Below, piece after piece: positions 53,259 through 64,000 of a stretch of DNA of 64,000 nucleotides (the first letter of the stretch is position 1; each line of letters begins with the position of its first letter). Position numbers and translations under genes: made by a program. The stretch is from the NCBI GenBank assembly GCA_963693365.1, contig CAVNZM010000005.1:5835167-5899166 (forward strand), given 5' to 3'. This DNA comes from Amoebidium appalachense. Lineage: Eukaryota; Protista; Ichthyosporea. A model generated the notes under the pieces. That model did not search any database. It was not told the DNA's origin and saw nothing but the letters and a program-made list of their open reading frames with translations.

Positions 53259-54834
53259 ACTTCTACCCCAACCAATAGCACAACTGTCTGTCCAAATGCT
53301 GTGCAGTGTGCGAAAAAACATATCCCGTGACGCGTACATCAACATTGCTAATGTGTTGATGGTGCAAAGTGATGGGGGTTTTCGGCGGTTTAAAAAAAAA
53401 AAAACCACAAAACAGGGAACGAAGTACAACTACACGATCAAAAAAAAAAAAAACGACGGACACAGGACCCATCATGGTATGCAACCCTCTCACCCCCCCC
53501 CCCCCGGGGGGGGGGGGGGGGGGGGGGGGGGGCAAAATAAAGCAGGTCCGATGCTGTAAAAAATGAAGCGTGCAAGCGAAAAGCGAAAAACAACCTGCAT
53601 GGGGGAAGAAGGGGGGGGGGGGGGGGGGGGGGGGGTTTGGATATAAACACAAAACCGGGCATGTGTAAAGATGACCCACACAAAAAGGGTCTACACCCTC
53701 CGTATTCACAAGTGTCTGCTCTGAGAAGAAAAAACATGCAGCCCCCTCCCCCTGCTCCCCCCAAAGGAGAGAGAGAGAGGGGGGGGGGGGGGGGAGGAAT
53801 ACGAAAAGTAGAAAAGGGGGGGCATGAAGAGGGCACATACCAGCACCACCAGTGGGGCGGGCAGCGCCGCTGGCATAGACGGCAATGTCACCACAAACAA
53901 CAAGCGCAAAACGGCCATCCCAAGCCGAGCTCTCCATCCACGCCACTGAGTTAAACAGGGCAGACGTGCCACCATAGCAGGCATTGGTGGTGTCAATGCC
54001 CTCCACATCAGTGTTACCACTCTTCTCAAACAGCTGCATAAGGCAAGTCTTCACCGACTTGGACTTATCAATGATTGTTTCCGTGCCAACCTCCAGGCGG
54101 CCAATGTCAGCGTAAGAAATGTTATACTTGGTCATGAGGGAGTCCACCACTGTCATACAGATCGAGTTGATGTCCTCGCGGTCCAGGCAAAATGCCATGT
54201 TCGTCTGACCCAGCCCGATGGTGTACTTTCCGGCACTGACACCGTCGAACGTCTCTGCCAAAGGGACGCATCCATATTAAAACTACACTCTCAAGCCCGT
54301 TTTTACACCGTCCAGTACTGTTTGTGGGTGTAGCTATGGGGTGAAAGGGTATGCCCTGTCTGCCTGTTCGCCAACTAAATAACTACCCCCCCCCCCCCCC
54401 CCTCTTGCCAGCACACAGACCAAGCTCTCACCTCACTCCCCCCCCCCCCCCTTGCGGCCCCCCCCCCCCCCCGCCCCATCACCCCCCCCCCCCGCCACCA
54501 CCACCACCATGAAGTGATATACCGCCCTCCACACACAAGTCAGATCCCGCTCTTCCCGTACGGCAACCCCTAAGTTACAGCTATTATCAATACCACGAGC
54601 CCACCAAAGTTTCTTTTGCAAAGTTACTTCATAGGCATCACCCACCACCACAACCCCTCCATTCTGCTTTGCGCAACGCAGAAAGGTGTACCGCCTTTTC
54701 CTACCCGCCATCACACCTTCCCAGTCTAAGAGACCTGCAATTCACATACCCAGGGCGTTCTGGTCGACCACAGTCTGGGGGTAGTAGACCTCCAAGGCAC
54801 AGATGCCCACGTTCTGAGCCCGCTGCTGCGTCAT
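51564..54834 (-). CDS. HMGCS: Hydroxymethylglutaryl-CoA synthase; 4 exons
   Basis: Exons 54750-54834, 53841-54254, 52430-52972 and 51564-51862 join in phase. Motifs [43 protein letters not shown] and FSYGSG. Confidence 0.97.
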
Positions 54835-57800
54835 TTTCGCTAGGTTTCTAAACAACACGACTAAGTGGGGAAAGATTAAATGGGAATGTAGCAGACTCAA
54901 ACCTAGAAAAAACCAAATGCCAATTTGTCAAACTTGTCACATGTGTGTAGCTTTTTGTGCCAAAGGGACCGGTTTATATTATGTGAGCACCTTTGGGTCC
55001 CTTGTGTGATTGGATGAATTTCAGGCGCCACAGAGCGCGGCAAATACATCAAAACAACAACCCGTGAGGACAGCTTCTATTTAAAACCAAAAGCTAACAG
55101 ATTAATAAAATTGTTATATAGCAGAAATTTGCAATTTGCAAATAGATTGCCACAGGGCTTGCGCTGGAATATTGTGCGTTGCTTTTTATTGAGAAAGCGC
55201 AAAGAGAGTTCAGGATTGGATAGTTATCATGCTGCGTTGATGGCTCGGCGCATGTGGTCGTTCGATTTGAGTGGCGCCAATCATCAACAACCACCTGAAA
55301 AACTTTTATGCAGGGGTCGCAGGGCCTTGCCAGCTTGTGGCCAAACTTTCAAAGTATTGTAAACTACTCAACATTCAAAACAAAATCAAAAGAGGAGAGT
55401 GCACCTAGATTTATTCATCGGGGAAATTAATATTAATGATATTCACAGTAATTCAAATACACGTAACCACAATGTTTTGAGTAAAATGCAACCAGATTCA
55501 TCTCCGGAGGTTGAGTACGTACATAAGCTCGTCGCCATGGCCCCCCAAAAAGCTGGGTTTCCCGTCGACTGGGCAGCCCTTTTGAAACACTACATGTGCG
55601 AATTTTCTAATAGTTAAAAATATTTAAAGCACTCAGTTCGTATAGAAATATGTAAAGGGAAAAAAAAGAAAACTCTGAGTCTCCACACAGGCATCAACAT
55701 TGATGTTGCATCCTCAGAGAAAGAAGTTCCTCTCAGAATCGTACGTGCCCTTAGGAATGCGTGGGAGAGCTTTAAGACCCTTTCATTGGATTCGCACGGA
55801 AAACAATGGAGTGCGGTAAAAACAATGAATGATAGTAATGTTAATACCGTTTACTGCCATGTAAGTGCTCTGATTTGTATCACAATTGTTAATGAACTAG
55901 ACATGTATCATAATGCAATATCTATATATTGTTTTGTATTTCTTTGTAGTCACTTTTCCTCTCTGCTCTCCCTGAATCTCTGCCGCTCTCCTGTTTTCGG
56001 TGCTGTACATGCAATTCCAAAACAAATCTTTTGCACTACTTTCGGAGCTCGCCCAGGGCCCCAGTCGATCACATCGGTCACACTGATTGGCTAGACAAAG
56101 GTGTGACTGTTTGTGTATCGATTGCTGCAAAAGTTTTCAACAGCCATAGTGAGTCGCTTCGCGTTGATCTAGATATCTAAATACTCGGCGAATTTAGAGA
56201 ACCAACATTGTGCTGTTCTCTAGAGATCTAAAAGTCTGCTCGATTAGCGTTAGAAACTGTTTTTTTTTCTTCTTTTGACTCGGTTTTATTGATCCGTTGA
56301 TGAAGGCAACGTGCAGCCACAGGCTACATAACCACCAATAGAACTGAAAAAGCCAAAGCTACAAAATAAAAATAAAGCGACAAGTGACAAAGGACACCAG
56401 CGGGCAAAACCTTAAGTGTACTTGTACATATGCGTGAAACTAGTTTGCTCCAACTAGTCATATGCATCGATGTTGACCAGACCACACTCCGCAAGAAGAC
56501 ATCATTACTGCTGCTTCCCAACAGGCCCCCCTCAAAACCTACCGAGGCACAGCAAGCAAGTCAGCCTCTAAAAGAGCAATGCAGACCAAATCTGAGCTAA
56601 AAACAATCCCAACGGGCCCGGCACCTAGATAACCCGGAGAAACTGCATCTAGCTCTCTGATAAGGTGGCCTAGTTGTGGCAGGACACACGGAAAAACACA
56701 ATTACAGAATGCATGCAAGCAAACCCGGTCATTGCCATACGAATGGAGGCTAAGGACTGGCAGTCACTTGGAAAGCTCCCCGACGACCAAGTAGCCGCCC
56801 CTCCACTCACGCAGCGCAGAAGTAGCTGAAGAAGTTGCAGCAGCCCACCGCCAATAGGTCGCGTAGAAGCGTAGACAGCGTGTGGAAGTTACCATAGGTT
56901 GCAGTGGACCACCAGGCGTTGAAGAAACCACTTTTCAAGCGAGAAACTCCGCGAAAGGGAGATTCCCCCACACTCTCACAGCAGTAGGAATACACCAGGC
57001 CACAGCTGCAGTCACGTTCCCCTGAGTGGGACTCCCTCCCACCACAAATAGAAGAAACGAAATTTCAGCCTTTATATACCTGCCATGGTGAAGAATCGGG
57101 AAAAAAAAGTTGACGTGACAGCTAAGAGATCGAAGTGAAAGTGAAGTCCGAAACTGAATTATCTAGATTATCCAGATTTTATGCAAACTTTAACAATTTA
57201 ACAGATCGATCGGATTGCGGACGTTTTATACGTAAATTTAACAATCTAGATATTTGGATATTTAGATTAACGCGAAGCGGCTCAGTATGTACCGGCATGC
57301 ATACTGCCACCCGATCGCCCACTGGCGGTATTGTAGGATACGGGTGCATTGGTCTTGCCCACGGTGGGCAAGACAATGCACCCCTATCCATGCAGGTCTA
57401 TCCGTTCTCCTGTAGACGGTGGCCGGCCCGCCGGGCTCGTTTCCTCAGCCCGGTACCGGCGGACTGAGTTCTTTTGTGGCCAGGGCTGATGGCTGAGGGC
57501 ACGCTTCGGCGGCTTCCCAAACGCCCCTGAAAGGTGGCGTGCAGAGATATTCCCGATTTACGGTACTGCCACGTGTACATGTGCACACATACTGTGTTCA
57601 TGCGGCGGTATACCGGTATGCATGCTGTTTGTGGCTTGTGACTCTGCACAGTAGTACCGTGATTGCAATTGACGTGCACACTTCAGCATGCAGTGGTGGT
57701 TGTGCTTGTACTCGTTCGTTAGTGCTGCATGCGTCGTTTTTGCAGTGGCAGACAGTGGCAAATTTAACTTGTTATATGACTCAGTGCTATTTGCAGTGCA

Positions 57801-57886
57801 GCTCTGCCACGGCCAGCACACACATATCATTCGTTCACGTCACGGCACGTGGCGACAGAGTCGCATATCACAGTGTCACGTTGTTG

Positions 57887-57948
<62 letters not shown>

Positions 57949-58189
57949 CGTGTGCGTGTGCGTGTGCGTGTGTGTGTGTGTGCACGTGCATGTGCGTGTG
58001 TGTGTGTGTGCGTTTGTGTGCGTGTGTGTGTGTGCGTTTGTGTGCGTGTGTGTAAATTTGAGATAAACTTGATACCCCTACTCTTCTTATCCAAGCCCTC
58101 CTCCCCATCCCCCCCCCCCCCCCCCCCCCCCCTCCCCCCCCTCCCCCCCCCTCCCCCCCCCCCCCCTCCTTCCTCCAAAATTCCCCTAA

Positions 58190-58243
58190 TTATAAAATAT
58201 GGCCACTCCCCCCCCCCCCACCCCCCCTCCCCCCCTCCCCCTC

Positions 58244-58274
<31 letters not shown>

Positions 58275-58404
58275 AAAAAAAAAAAAAAAAAAGAAAAAGG
58301 AAAAGAAAAGAAGAAGAAGAAGAAAGAAAGAAAGAAAAAGGCAAAAAAAAAAAAAGAAAGAATAAAAAGGTGGGGAGGTTAAAAACTTTGAAGTTTCGTA
58401 TACG

Positions 58405-58446
<42 letters not shown>

Positions 58447-58477
58447 TTTCCTCTGGGGATTTTTTAAAATATGGCCA

Positions 58478-58508
<31 letters not shown>

Positions 58509-58606
58509 AAAAAAAAAAAAAAAAGGAAAAGAAAAGAAGAAGAAGAAGAAGAAAGAAAGAAAGAAAAAGAAAGAAAGAAAGAAAAAGGTGGGGAGGTTTA
58601 AAACTC
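58190..58606. repeat. Low-complexity tandem duplication
   Basis: aaatatggccac-polyC-polyA-(GAA)n-aaaaaggtggggaggtt occurs twice. Confidence 0.75.
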
Positions 58607-58931
58607 CGCAACCTCATGAAAAATATCGATAAATAGCCACTACTTCAAGCACCCTCATTATCGCAACCCTTGGGTTAAACAACTACATAAATCTTCAAGG
58701 GCCGTGTGAAAACTCAGCTGAATGAATCATCTGTTGCTATTTATGGCAGTGCAACACCTCCCCGGGACGGTCCCGTTCCTTACGGAAGGGATTACATACT
58801 ATTATTAGTATGCAGTGCCAGAAAACGCTGTCAACGTGTATTTATTATGATTGGTCCGAATCGAATCCGGTTCGATCGTATTGCCCATATAAGGGAACTT
58901 TAAAAACCGTTTTTGCATGCATACGGAGCTC

Positions 58932-63826
<4,895 letters not shown>

Positions 63827-64000
63827 CTGTTAAATAAAAGGCATAAAAAATGAACAATCAGTACATCGTATGTACCGAAGTCGAAGACACATACAGGGTC
63901 GATACAGGTGTCGATTTTTTTATTTTTTATTTGCCAGTTGACAGCTTTCATATCAAATCCCTTAAATTGCCTTCCCCCCTCCCTCCCCTCCCCCCCCCTC

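Overview
Eukaryotic genomic DNA, intron-rich and saturated with (CA/GT)n, (GA)n, poly-G/C and poly-A/T runs. Most ORF-track entries are microsatellite artefacts. The gene content suggests a unicellular opisthokont, possibly an ichthyosporean (inference only). Spliced genes reconstructed by hand with phase-consistent junctions: a DnaJ-domain gene (partial, -), a 4-exon putative mitochondrial protein (+), a 14-exon ALG8 containing a U12-type AT-AC intron (-), HMG-CoA synthase (-) and a bacterial-type MgtE Mg2+ transporter (partial, -). There is also an intronless HxxxD condensation-like acyltransferase interrupted by a retroelement 3' end. Mobile DNA: a TSD-flanked, 5'-truncated non-LTR RT element ending in a structured 3' UTR and AAACCC rather than poly(A), a decayed SWIM/KDZ-like transposase gene, two TSD-flanked SINE-like inserts, a Helitron-type end and a degenerate foldback element. 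The most novel signal is a dispersed non-coding retro-like family. Its ~160-nt core folds as a four-way junction and shows compensatory base changes. Its 3' end is fixed against poly-C, its 5' truncation is variable, one copy has a partial-tandem (retrozyme/pLTR-like) layout, and I could not match it by eye to a known ribozyme class.
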